A stretch of 64,000 nucleotides of DNA from Saccostrea echinata (taxonomy: Eukaryota), in NCBI RefSeq assembly GCF_033153115.1, contig NW_026889803.1:1612001-1676000 (forward strand), in the 5' to 3' direction. The notes under the pieces are model-generated. The model searched no databases. It saw only the letters and a program-made list of their open reading frames with translations, and was not told the DNA's origin. Of this stretch, positions 16,165-28,399 are shown piece by piece. Position numbers and translations under genes: made by a program. How positions within the stretch are numbered: the stretch's first letter is position 1; each line of letters begins with the position of its first letter.

Positions 16165-19100
16165 ATGTGTGATTACAGTTTGGAAGCGAACGACCACTCT
16201 TGTGATTACGGGGACCCAGAAGAGTATAGTGTGAGTGGGGACAATATGGCGGAGGGCCCGGGGGTCGGGGAGGAGAGGGGATTTTTGGATGAGGAAGAGG
16301 AAATGGATGTCTATGCCCAGCTGGAACAAAAGCAGAAAGATTTAACTCTGGCTGCTGAATTGGGGAAAGCTTTACTGGAAAAAAATGAGGAACTTGAGAG
16401 GAGAAATGAACAAATCATGGAAGAGTTTGCTCAGAAAATTGAGGTAAAGATTTTTTTCTTTCTATTAAAAGCCACTTAGTTCACCATTATTGATCAAAAT
16501 TTATCATCACAGTTTGTGCCATATTGCATCATTTTCTGTATATAAAAGTATTGATTGTCTTAGTTTCCTTATCATTGTACATAAAATATTTTTTATTCTT
16601 TTTCTGGCGACAAATATCCCTAATTCATTATACACTTTTGATGAACCAATTTAATGATTCTCTTTGATTAGTGTGTGGCATATTGGCAGTCATAGCTTGT
16701 AAAGACCCCACTTAATAATGTGTTGATCTGAAGTTATTGCTTTGTTATTTGTAACACTCTCATAATCGCTTTGATATGATCCTTTGATCCCCCCCCCCCC
16801 CATTTCATGTCTTGAAGCTGTGCTTATAATATTATTTTTGATGTTTATTTCTGTTTATTTTTTGGCAGAATTTTAAGCATGTGTTTCATTTGAATGTTGT
16901 TCAAAGTATAATTTTTAACTTCCTTATCCTATATAGCTGTATACATTTAACATGTTTAATGGTGATAAATTGCGAGTGTATATTGTAATTTTCCATGTCC
17001 ACATATTTAAAGGAAATTAATATACAATTGTATATAATTTAGAAATATACATGTAGTAATTTGTTGGATCAACAAAAACACATTTCAGTGACACATATAA
17101 TTGAAACCAATTAAAGAAATATAATAGTTATCTAAAGCTTAACATTTTGAAGTACAGTTAAATGATACAATGGATGAAAAAAGAAAAATCAAAATATATA
17201 TTTCACATATCAGAGTAATTGATTTTCTTATTTTAGTAGTTCTTTAAATTTTTCTTTGTGCTTCCTGCATCCCTGAAACAATTTTGTTTGAGGATACATT
17301 GACTTGTCTGTATGTCTTGCTACCATCATCATCAGAAATCCACTAAAGCTCTGTCAATCTGCTGAGTGTGTCTGTTGGTCTGTCTGTCAGGTTGTCCATC
17401 CTGCTAAATTCATATCCATGCCATAACTTTATAATGGAGAAACATTTGAACTCATATTTAGGTACAAGGTTGCTAACAATCATTTGATGGAGATTTGGTC
17501 AAGGTCAAGGGTTCCAAAAATGTAAATTCTTCTGTGTAGACTATAACTTACCGGTAATTATAAGCCCATATTGGTGTGCCAAGGCCATTTTGTCAAGGTT
17601 ACAGGATTCAGAAAAGTTATAAGTTTATTTAATCTATGCAAATTTTTAAGCATGCATGTTCTGAGTGTACCCTACGTAGGGGATCTGTCCCATTAATAAA
17701 TTTCGAGTGTACCCTATGTAGGAGATCTGTCCCATTAAGAAATTTCTAAGTTTATTACAATTCAGATATATTTTAAGGTAGGTAAATACTATCAGAATTT
17801 TCTGTCAAACAATTTATTTTTTCATTTAAATATCTTAAACAACTCTTGAGCCAACAAAAAAACCCATATTACACATACCTTTGCACGCTTATTTTCATAC
17901 TATGTGCTATAGAGCACATATACCCCCAACTTCAACAGCCAAATTCTAACACAAGGATGTATAATTTCATATTTTATTCAAATATGCACCAAAGCACACT
18001 GTATTGTGCTATAATTCATTAAATCTAATAGATAATTAACTACAAAGAGAATTTTTCGAGATATTCAATTGAAAACATGCACATTTAACATTTATACTGC
18101 TCAAATCCATCAGAAAAAAAAATCACAAAATATCATTATTTTCAAAAGTCCCAAAATTTATATTGTTAACATGCCATTTTTTCTTTAAAAATATCTAAAA
18201 TTATATCTAAGGTTAACAAAAAAACATATTTTATCACAGTAGACCAGAGATATTTTATTAAATCATATCTCGAATACCCCTACCCCCACTTTGGTAATAG
18301 CATGTTTTACAGTTATATTTTACACACTGTGAAAAATATCAAAATGTAACAAACAAATACAGTCTTAGAATGAAATACAAATGGAATATTAAAAAATACT
18401 GAAATTTTGGTCCTTCTAGACACTTAGAACATAAGGGGTAGGGTGGTGGTGGTGGGGGGGGGGGGGCAACCCCTTCCTTTTTTCACAATTTTTTTTTACA
18501 TACAAGTACACATTCTTAACAATTTATAATCTAATACATATAAAGAGAATAAATGTAGTGTAACAAACATACATGTAGATTCTAGCAAGTATAGCTCATA
18601 AACAAATAATTTTGTTGAATGAAAATACTTATGATGAACTAACAAGAGTTCAAATACTCCACAACTTTGCCAATGATCTTCTGAGACTTCATAATTCTTG
18701 GTGTCTTTGAACCAGACACAACCTCACTAAAGACAGTCTGAATCCCACAATGGGGGTCACGCTTATGTATGAGTTTTAGCTTGTTTAAGCTTAGATTGTT
18801 AGCTGTAAGCCTTTTAGAGATCAGTGTAGAAATTACTTTGCTTTGTATCAATGGAATTAGTGAGGACTTGACATTATAATAATTCATATTAAATATATCT
18901 GAAGATTCACATTTGAATGCTAAATTTGACTCGTACAGTTCTCGTAAACTACAAACATCAGCTAGAGCATTGTGTGCATCGTAACTTTTCCCTAAACACA
19001 ATCTGACCAATGTTTCTTGTTTAAAATTTCCCATTGTTTTCTTGTCAAACTCTCATCTTATGTAATTAAGCTCTTCACTTTATAGTTTTCTACCTGACAA

Positions 19101-22100
19101 ATTTTAAATAACAAAATTAACCATCTTAAAATATATATAAATAATTATAATATTTTCATTTTAATGATGATTTAATTCCAAAATGGCTACTATTCTTTAA
19201 ATGCAGTCCCTATCATTTTTAATGTTAAGGTTTAACACTTCTCAAAAAAAGATACTTTTTAGACTGAAGTCCCCTAACCAAGTCTCGACTATGTAATTAA
19301 GCCCTTCACTTTAAAGTTTTCTCCCTGACAAAATTTTAAATAACTAAATTTACCATCTTAAAATATATATATTAAATAATTTTAATGATGATTTAATTCC
19401 CAAATGGCTACCTTGTCCTATGATTAGGATGTACAATGTATATTTTTGTAGTTGTAAAACATTTCTTTGGACATATTTCAGGAATTAGAACAGGAGAAGT
19501 ATGAATTGTATCTTCATTTGGAGAAAAAGGAAACGGAATATGAGAACACCATTAAAGAGCTACAATATGACATCAGTCAGCTGAGGGAAGAGCTTCAGTC
19601 CCAACAGCACCAGAGGTCAAACAGTGTCAAAGAGAGTTCCATGGCAATAAGGGACTTAACTCTGCAGAATGAGCGACTGACAGAGGATCTAAGGACAGCA
19701 TCAATAAAGGAAAGGGAACTAGAATCAGAGAACCAGAATCTGAAGGAAAAAATCACAGCAAGGAGTTCATCCATGCATGTTCATGTTGGACAGCTAGAAG
19801 TCCTGCAACAAGATGTATGATAATTAGCTGTTATTTTCCTTTTTATATTGTGTATGTAGTTTACAGGAAGGAAAGGATGTGTCTCGGTAATTAAGATGAC
19901 ACAAGCTAAAGCATGAAATTAAAACTATGGACCTATGATAATGCATAGAGGAATCGGTATCATGCAAGGGCTAGGTATTAGTTATTAAGTCTCATGTAGA
20001 AGCCCCCAAAAATATTTATACTCCAAACCCAAGCCTTTATGGTGCAGGAACAGTCTCTACAGTACCTCTTTATTAAGATTTAACTTGGCTGGTCATGTGT
20101 AACATGGCTGAGATTTCAAAAACCTTGACCTTCCACACACAAATTGACTGATGTTTAGAGTCTTCTATTTGTAGTCCCATTAGTCATCGATTTCGTACAA
20201 TTGATGCTCATGGTCATAATTAATTTATTAATATTAACAGAGAAAATGTTATCAAGATGAATATATTCTTAAATACAGATTCAATATTTGATTGTCACAT
20301 CTAAAATTCCAATGTAATGTTAAACACATGGCTTACATTCCAACCTTTTGAAATATCAGCTGAATGTACTTTTGCTTTTTATCAATATCTCAATATAATT
20401 TTTTTTAAAAATCCTAAAACTGCAATTTACAGTATCAAATACAGTTCCAACTTGGATATCTCGAATACCATGGATATGTCAAAGTGATTTGGAAGTTCCA
20501 AGCACTGATATCTTGGGGTTTTTTTTTTTCTTCGTCCATCAAGTTCAAGACTGTAACTTACTGTACATAGCATGATAAAGTGATAGTTACATAGTTACAT
20601 GTAATAATTGTTGTCTTTGTCTTAATTGTTTGTTTGTTGGCAATTGGGGGGGGGGGGGGCAATATTGGACCCCTTTGAAATTATGTAATATATTTTTTTA
20701 TTTAATAGAGAAATGACATTGTGTAACCTTTGTCATTTTGATGTTTGCATACACCATTGTTGAAATGAAGATGAAAAAGACTTTAATGGCAAATGTCCTG
20801 TAATAAAAAGATACAGACTGCTAAAATCCCCACCAAATGCCTGCTGTAATTCCTGCTTGTTTTTATCTGCAACATTAATTCTTTTCAGTTTAGCCAAAGC
20901 ACTCCTAGAATTGGAATTTTTACAATAAAATAATACAAGTCTAATTGCTCTTGATTTCCTTTATGGAAATGAGAAATCGGTATATTGCGTGGCTCTAAGG
21001 CCGCAAAGTCTGCAGCTTAAATGTTTACAATTGATCAAATACCTGAGAGGAAGGACATTTGCCAGGAGACTGATGAAATATGAAATATTGTTTTTCAGAT
21101 TAACGAGCTGCGGTCAAAGCGACAGGAATTGGAAAAGAGACACAGTATTGTTCTGGAGGAGAAGCATGCTGTGACCTGTAGCCTGGAGGAGTCACAGGAA
21201 CGCATTCTAATGTTAGAAAAGTCAAAACGGGAAATTGAACAAACTGTAAGATTGTAGAATAGTACATATACATGTATATGTATAGAAAGTACCTCAGTAT
21301 TTTCTTTAAGTAGCTGGAGCTAAGCATGTTTGTTGCAGAAATAAAAGGGGGGGGATTATTACACTTGAAAAGGTAGAATAGAATTCTTGTTTTAAGTTAT
21401 AACATTCTGAAGTTAAAATGATGCAGATAAGTAAAGAGTACTGATACTCTTAATGCACAGGCACTTGACATTTTAAACCTTTCTCTTTATTGATAAAAAT
21501 ATCCCCATACTATAATAATTTTATCAATAAAGAGAAAGGTTTAAAATGTCAAGTGCCTGTGTCTTAATGTATCAAAAAGTCTGATTTATTTTTGGATAGT
21601 GTGCCCCACCATGCATGCATATATTTTGTGATTGTTCATTTGTAATACTGCACCAAGTTTTGATAAGCATGTCTTTTTTTCCTTCCTGTTCTATGTGTAC
21701 ACAGTTGTAGCATAGTACCCACTTAAGTCTAAAAACAAATGCTCTAATATTGATTCAATCTCACTGGGATTAATGTTATTCATTCCATGTCATGCTATTT
21801 TTATGGAAATGACACAAAGTGGCCTTTTTTGTGATGTACCACGCATATACCATCTGTTTCCTCGTGAGGGATGTTATCAATGAAAAGTGTAGTGTATTCA
21901 AAAACTGAACACCTAAAGCATCACACAGGGGAAATTTTGTAATTTTATTAATGTACCACAGTGAATACTTTTCATAAGTAAACATGCAATGACAAATAAA
22001 TAATATATGTATGGCATGCATATATAATTAAAATTTTTATTAAGAATGTAAGAGTAGTAAATGTAAATATGGTTAACTTAATGAAAAAATGAATTAAAAA

Positions 22101-25100
22101 GATTCAGAAATTAATAATTTGTATGTACAGACCCTTTGGGGTTTTTAAAAATCCCTTCATTTTTTATTATGCAATAGTAAGGTGTCTGTCATCCATCCAG
22201 CTGTCTGTCTGTCTGTAAACAATTTTTCAAAAAAAAAATTTCTCCTCCTACAGTTTTGGTCTGATTTCAAAATAAATTGGCATACAAGGAAATTTCAAAC
22301 TCGGATAAATACTTCTGTGTATCAGTTTTTATTTTGAATAATGGTGTTAACATGGTTACTAAAAATAGAAATTTCTGTAAAATACTTTCAAAACACTACT
22401 CCTTCTACAATTTTGGTCTAATTTCAATATAGCTCCGCAAAATTCTGTGAAATTCTTTCAAAAGGCTAATCTTCCAACAGTTTTAGTCTGGTTGCAATAA
22501 ATCTTAATTGTCACACAAGAAAGAGACCAACCAAGGACCATTATTCTATATATTGCTGTTGCATAGTTTCAAGTGCATGTGCTACTTTTCACTTCCTTTG
22601 TTTTAAGTACAAACAAGTAGAGCTACAGTCTCATCAGAGACTTCTGGTTTTAATCATCCCATATGCAAATGTCCAGCCTGAATTATTGATTAGACAATTA
22701 AATTGCAAAATTTATTTATTTATTTATTTTTATTTTTTTTGTACAATGTAATGTACTTTTTCTATTAAATACTCAGATTTAAAACTAGGCTAATTATTCT
22801 AAATACAATTTTACATGTAGATCAAGTCTAAATGAACTGTATAGTAATATATGACTATGAAGCTATAGTCATACTTCCAAAATTTTAAATGTTCTATGAT
22901 TGACCAGAATAGATATTTTTTCAACAACAAAAAGTGATCCTAATTATTCCATACCCCGTTTTGTAGGTCCAGAACCAGGAGCGAGATATCATAGAACTCC
23001 AGGAGACCAACGTCCAGCTCCAATCTCAGCTTCATCACATGTCTACAAATCCTGTCACTTCTAGTCACCCCAATAAAACACAGTCCTTGTCATTATTTAA
23101 CGAGATCTCTCAGTTGTCTCCTGATCATCTCTCACCCGTCACCTCACCCGAATCATCAAAAACAGTGAGTAATTGTCAGGAACATTTTGTTAATTGATGG
23201 TTCCTTAAAGGTGACATGGAAGGATTAAATCTACCATCACATAAAATGTCAAAAATATTACAATATATATACATGTAGTTCAATCTGATTTAAGCCTTGC
23301 CAATGAGATGAAATTTTTGTATTAGAGTTACTTCCCTTAAGATGTTCATTTTTTAAAAAATATTCTATACACTGCTAAACCCATATAATCTGTATGTAGT
23401 CTCTAATTCTTCTCCATAAATATCATATAACAGTGATGTTTAAACTGTCAAATCAGTTATTGTTGAGACACTCTAACCTTGAATTTTGCTGTTTTCCCCC
23501 CTACAGTTCCCTGTGGACTCTGACACCAGTGGGGGTTCCTTCTTACTGGACCTTATGGAGGAGGATGAGTACGAGTGTGACGATGACCTTTATCTGACCT
23601 CTCCAGTATCACAGCTCCCTCTACACTCAACCCTCACTGATTCTCAATTCTTAGAAAACTTCCAGTATTCATCTCAGCATTATCAAGCAGATAAAGAGGT
23701 ATTTTCATTACATTTTGTTATTAAATTTCATACAGGAATCAAGCTGGTATTAATGTAAATAAGACAATTATCAGTTAAAGCATAACCCTTTTTATTACCA
23801 GTATATGCCAGAAATGTTAGGATTTTTTTCTTAATTTTTTTTGTTTTGTTTTTTTTTTTTTTAATAAATTTTTCAGAATGCTTTTTTTATAAGAATCATT
23901 TTTTTCTCTCACATATACATGTACTAGCACATTTAAAGAAAATGTTGATATATCTGTATAAAGAGGTATTTTGTGTATCCTGCAGATAATGTAATTTCCT
24001 TAGGGCGTTATGTCTGTAAAAGTTGTCCCCCTTTAGCATTTTATGTTTTATTTGACAGTTTCATGAAGAACTAGTCAGTGTATATTGCCAATTGAAAGAT
24101 ATGTGTGCGAGTCTTCAATATGGACATTCAGATTCACAGGAGTGTTCAGATTATACATTGTGTGAGGATATTCGTCCAGGTGTTTTGTCAGATCTGCTGC
24201 AAGAGTTCAAGGAATTAATGCAGGATGTTCTCACCTTTAGACCTACAGTAAGAATTTAAATTTGAAAAGACTTTTTATATAAACACGTAGTTAATGTTAA
24301 TACAGTACAAGCTCCTGCACTTTCTATGCTTGTAAAATCGTGTATGCAGTACTGTATATGAGGGAAATAACTCATTGTGTTGATTACCATGCTTTCAGTA
24401 AAGTTTGCAAATTCCATTCTGATAAATTTGACCTTTAACGAGGATGTTATGTTTATATTTACACAAGATTATGGAGGAATCTCAGGTGTGCTTAGATGGA
24501 GAGGATCTAATATCTGTATCAGAGCTAGGCCAACACATCACTGATCTGAAGGAGGAACTGAGGGGTGCTCAGGGGGATCTCAACCGGCTCAAGCAGGAAT
24601 TGACTCAGCGAGATGCCCAGCTCGAGCAGAAAACTCAAGAGCTTAAGAATCTCACAGGAAAGGTAAAGGTAATTTGTATGATTAATGGCTTTTGGTCACA
24701 TTGAATAATAAATAAAAGGGGAGGGGCAAAAACTTGTTTTCTGTCATGATATATTTAGGGATTGTCATAAAATACTGATTCAGGGCAGAAAAGATTTTGA
24801 TCATCATAGAACTAAATCATTGGCCAGCAAATTTTCTTTTGGAGGTATTTATTTGTAGAGATATTCTTTGGTCATGCACAATTTAGGATTTTCTTGGTCT
24901 TTCTTTGTTATCATAGGTCTCCATATTAGAGGTAAGCATACACCCTCTGAATGTTGTTCATCTTTTCTGTTTGATTAAAACAGAGAGAGTTGTAGCCAAA
25001 AGGTGCCTACACAATTTAAAAACTGAGTAGCACCTTTCTTGTACTTACTTAAGATTTGCTGTGTTTTAGTTTGATAGCTTGCTTTTTTAAAATGAAAGTG

Positions 25101-26380
25101 TTTTTCATTTCTAAGCCTTTGAACTTTTGTCTTTGCCTTAATGTATATTACTGTTGGCTTTTCCTCTAGCCAGAAAAGAAATTCAAGTTGCCTCATAAAT
25201 TTCAAAAATTGTAAAAAATGTATGTCAGTTTAAGAAAAGTTCCCCATATTACTATATGTTTTTTTTCTTGCATTTACTTCTACTTGCTGTAATCTTTTAA
25301 GATACAGACTCGAACAATCACTTAATTTTTCCAAAATTTGAAATTATAAATAGTATGTGTATTTAGCCTTCACATATAATCAATATTTCACATACTTTTT
25401 CAGTTGTCCCTGCAGCATGAGGAATTGTCTGCTGTTCAGCGTCAGAGGGACCATCTACACACTGCGCTGCTTGTTAAGGGTCACATGACTGAACATGAAA
25501 TCATCCAGCAGGCTCGACAGGAAAGGGACTTTGCAATAGAAAAGTACGTCAGTTAGAAACATAAACTGGTACAGTAAAATAGCAGTGTTCAGCAGATTGT
25601 AAAGGAATATATTCCCCTTAGCAAGTGTTATACATGAATACTTAATTACTTTGTCCTTTCCAAAGACATAAATATTTTTCCCTGGGTCCTTTCATATTCT
25701 GACGATTGCTACTTAATTGGCTATCCTTATATGGAGACAAAATTTGTCTGCAAAATTGTTACCTTATTTGATTTTTCAGGTTAAATATCTTTGGGGAAAA
25801 AATGATAATAATAAAAAAGATTTTAAAGAAACAAATGAAAATGAAACAAAGTCAAATTTACATCTTTATTAATACGCTGTAATTGACAATAAAAGATGTG
25901 CTATACAATTTTCTGCTGGTTATAAACTACATGTACATATATTCCAGGGGTATTGTTACTATGAATATCATAAATATCATTCTTGAACCCTTTCAGGAAA
26001 AATAAAATGGAAATAGAATTGGCAGAATCCAGATTTGAATTGCTGAATTTAAAAGATCAATTAATGGAGGCCATTCAACAAAAAATGGTATTAAGTCAGG
26101 AGCTAGAACAGTGGCAGGTATGATAATTCAATCAGAATTTTTCATCAATTATTTCATAAGTATTACTTGTAATTGCATTAATTTAAATAAAAAGTATTTT
26201 TAAATTTATGTGAGTGTATTATTTTTTTTTCAGAGTGATATGGAACACCTATTTGATGTTCATATTGAGAAAAACTTTCAAAAGGACACTAAACAACAAG
26301 AATTTTGTCGAGAGTTAAAAGAGAGCATGCAGGGCATGAGAAAATCTAAATCTGCGATTAATTTCTCCACGTATCATTAG
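16165..26380 (+). CDS. BICDL1: BICD family-like cargo adaptor (BICDL1/BICDR-1/CCDC64-like), ~646 aa; exons 16165-16443, 19482-19814, 21099-21245, 22967-23164, 23507-23698, 24059-24247, 24468-24662, 25404-25543, 25997-26117, 26234-26380
   Basis: CC1 box KQKDLTLAAELGKALLEKNEEL, LEQEKYELYLHLE, a Spindly-like SLFNEI and C-terminal QARQERDFAIEKKNKMEIELAESRFELLNLKDQLMEAIQQKMVLSQELEQWQSDM, as in BICDL proteins. All introns are GT-AG with consistent phase. The exon 7 acceptor could alternatively be 24486, and the start could be 16246. Confidence 0.9.
17777..19412 (-). mobile_element. Internally deleted DNA-transposon remnant (possibly Kolobok-like) in BICDL1 intron 1
   Basis: One end is TTAA|GGTAGGTAAATAC and the other is AAATGGCTACC|TT. 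The terminal ~130 bp is duplicated (about 19058-19192 and 19289-19412). The element carries an exonuclease fragment. The superfamily is inferred. Confidence 0.4.
18639..19050 (-). pseudogene. C-terminal fragment of a DnaQ/DEDDh (PML C-terminal-like) exonuclease protein
   Basis: FKQETLVRLCLGKSYDAHNALADVCSLRELY is a typical ExoIII H-x-A-x-x-D motif. The ExoI/II motifs are missing, and the ORF breaks abruptly against a repeat. Confidence 0.7.
20442..20554. mobile_element. Degenerate Tc1/mariner-pogo-like MITE (TA flanks)
   Basis: TA|CAGTTCCAACTTGGATATCTCGAA ... TCAAGTTCAAGACTG|TA. Confidence 0.4.
21456..21561. mobile_element. 106-bp perfect hairpin MITE with an 8-bp TSD (P-element/hAT-like)
   Basis: 43-bp perfect arms CACAGGCACTTGACATTTTAAACCTTTCTCTTTATTGATAAAA. 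TCTTAATG is duplicated at 21448-21455 and 21562-21569. Confidence 0.9.
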
Positions 26381-26826
26381 CAGTGTTTAAAGCTGTTTAG
26401 ATATGGTTTTATGGGATCAACTTCAACAAATCCACCACTTTAATGTGACAAGAAAACCGAATGTCTTTCAACCAAGAAAACAAATATTTGGAACTTCTGT
26501 CTCAGTGTTCTCAAAACTTGAAGAATAATATTTGCAGCTGAAGAATGTAACAGAAATTTTAGAACAATTATTGTTTATTTATATTAAATAATGGGTAATG
26601 CTAATATCCTGCCAGTTATATATCAAACACGTCTGTAGATCCAGACAGGTTTGCATTAACAAGGACATATTGACTATTTTTGTTTTCTACGTGATAAAAA
26701 CTTTAAAAATAGTTTTTATCACATATACTTGTGCTTGCCATTTTTTTGTTGCAATATTAAAAGTTTTAACATACTTAAAATGTCTTTGCTTTTTAGAATT
26801 GTGAAAATAATGTTAACAAAAAACAT

Positions 26827-26978
26827 ATAAATATTGCATGTAGTTGAGGGTAGCATTGAAATTTTTTCACCCACAAGAAAACCATTGTCAGCTGAGGCAC
26901 AGCCATGCAAGGCTGACAATATTGTTTTTGAGAGGTGAAAATTTCAATGTTACCCTCAATAACTGCAATATTTATTAT
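26827..26978. mobile_element. ~150-bp palindromic repeat (Crypton-like non-autonomous type) downstream of the BICDL1 stop
   Basis: ATAAATATTGCA..GTTGAGGGTAGCATTGAAATTTT..CACC...ATTGTCAGC pairs with GCTGACAAT...GGTGAAAATTTCAATGTTACCCTCAA..TGCAATATTTAT. The family assignment is tentative. Confidence 0.6.
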
Positions 26979-27512
26979 TTTAAACTGAATGTTTTATACA
27001 AATACACATATACATATTAGTGAACTGTATGTGCATAAATTTTGCACAGTCAATATTTTGTGGAATATCACCTGTCATCAAGTAGTGTTGACTGTTTCTA
27101 TGGTCTGTCATGCTGGAGGGCATGGTTTCATCATTTAGAGGGTAATAGTTTTTCTGACATAGGATTGTGTTAAAGAAATCTGTAAAACAGTTTTTGCAGC
27201 TTTAGTTATATTGCTGAAACACAAAGTTAGCACAAAATTTCCTTACCAAACTGCCGTATTTTTTCATCCTCCCCAAATATATACTTTTATAACTACACTG
27301 GAATCCAAATGATTGCAAAAACATGAAAATTTTTTTAAAAAATTAGTACAAATTTTATACCATGAAACAAATTAGTTTGAAAGTAAAAACTGCAATAAAG
27401 AGTATGATTAAATGTTCACTTTCTTTGGATTTTGGGTATCCATGACTTTAGTAAATGTTTCTTGACCAATCAGATTCAACTAATTTAAATGAAAGTTAAA
27501 TATGACGAAATA

Positions 27513-27715
27513 CTGTAAAAGCAGAAATATTCGTTGGGGATTAAATTTCGTTGTTAACAATTATTAACAAAATTAAATCCCGCACGTAATTTTTTTATTA
27601 CTACATGTATATATTGAATAAAGTTATTTTCAAAACAATGAAATTTAATGCCAACGAAACTTTGAGATGACTAATCAACGAAATTTTATCCCCATGAAAA
27701 TTTGTGCTTCTACAG
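27513..27715. mobile_element. TA-flanked MITE (Tc1/mariner-type)
   Basis: TA|CTGTAAAAGCAGAAATATTCGTTGGGGATTAAATTTCGTT ... AACGAAATTTTATCCCCATGAAAATTTGTGCTTCTACAG|TA. Confidence 0.7.
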
Positions 27716-28399
27716 TATACATTAAAAAATAATATGAAAATAAAGATATCTATTTCCAGGCTAAGTTGGTCTGGTAAATAATGTTTTTATCCTTATTAGT
27801 GGTACATGTATAAGACTCATATATTTAATCATTGTGGTTACTAACAGTCAACTTTATCTGTATACAGTCAGTATAGAGTCAAACCGTTAATAAAAAATAT
27901 GACTATATAGACCCTGATGCTTACATACCTGATTAGCAAGATCTCAGACAGAGGGAACACTGATTACTGTCAAAAGATAAGAAAGTGACTAAGTTCCTTC
28001 ATAAAAAGATAAGATCCTGTAAGAAACACCCGGTCTTTTGAGATGGACTGCAATATATAGTAAAACTCAAAAATATACATACATGTATTTCACTTATTTT
28101 CATGGGGCTATCTTTAATTTTTTTGTTTATTTGATATACTTTGACTCTCATGTTTCAAGGTGGGTAGGTAGGCAGTTGATTTTTTTTAAATTGTCTTAAA
28201 CTTGGATAAAGGTCATTAAAATCACACACTTAGAAATTTATTGATGTTTTCGCTACAGTGTATAAATGGATAGCTAGACAGATTTAATATTTATTGCTGT
28301 TAACATCTCAGTCTAAAAGCATCTTTTTGAGAAGTGTTAAACCTTAATATTAAAAATGATACGGACTGTATTTTCATACAAATACCGGTAATTAATAAT

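Noticed and set aside
17659-17750. 42-bp unit duplicated about 2.2 times
   Set aside because: Ordinary local slippage duplication with no further structure.
21456-21561. pre-miRNA interpretation of the hairpin (also 57827-57940)
   Set aside because: Perfect arms with exact 8-bp flanking duplications indicate transposon insertions.
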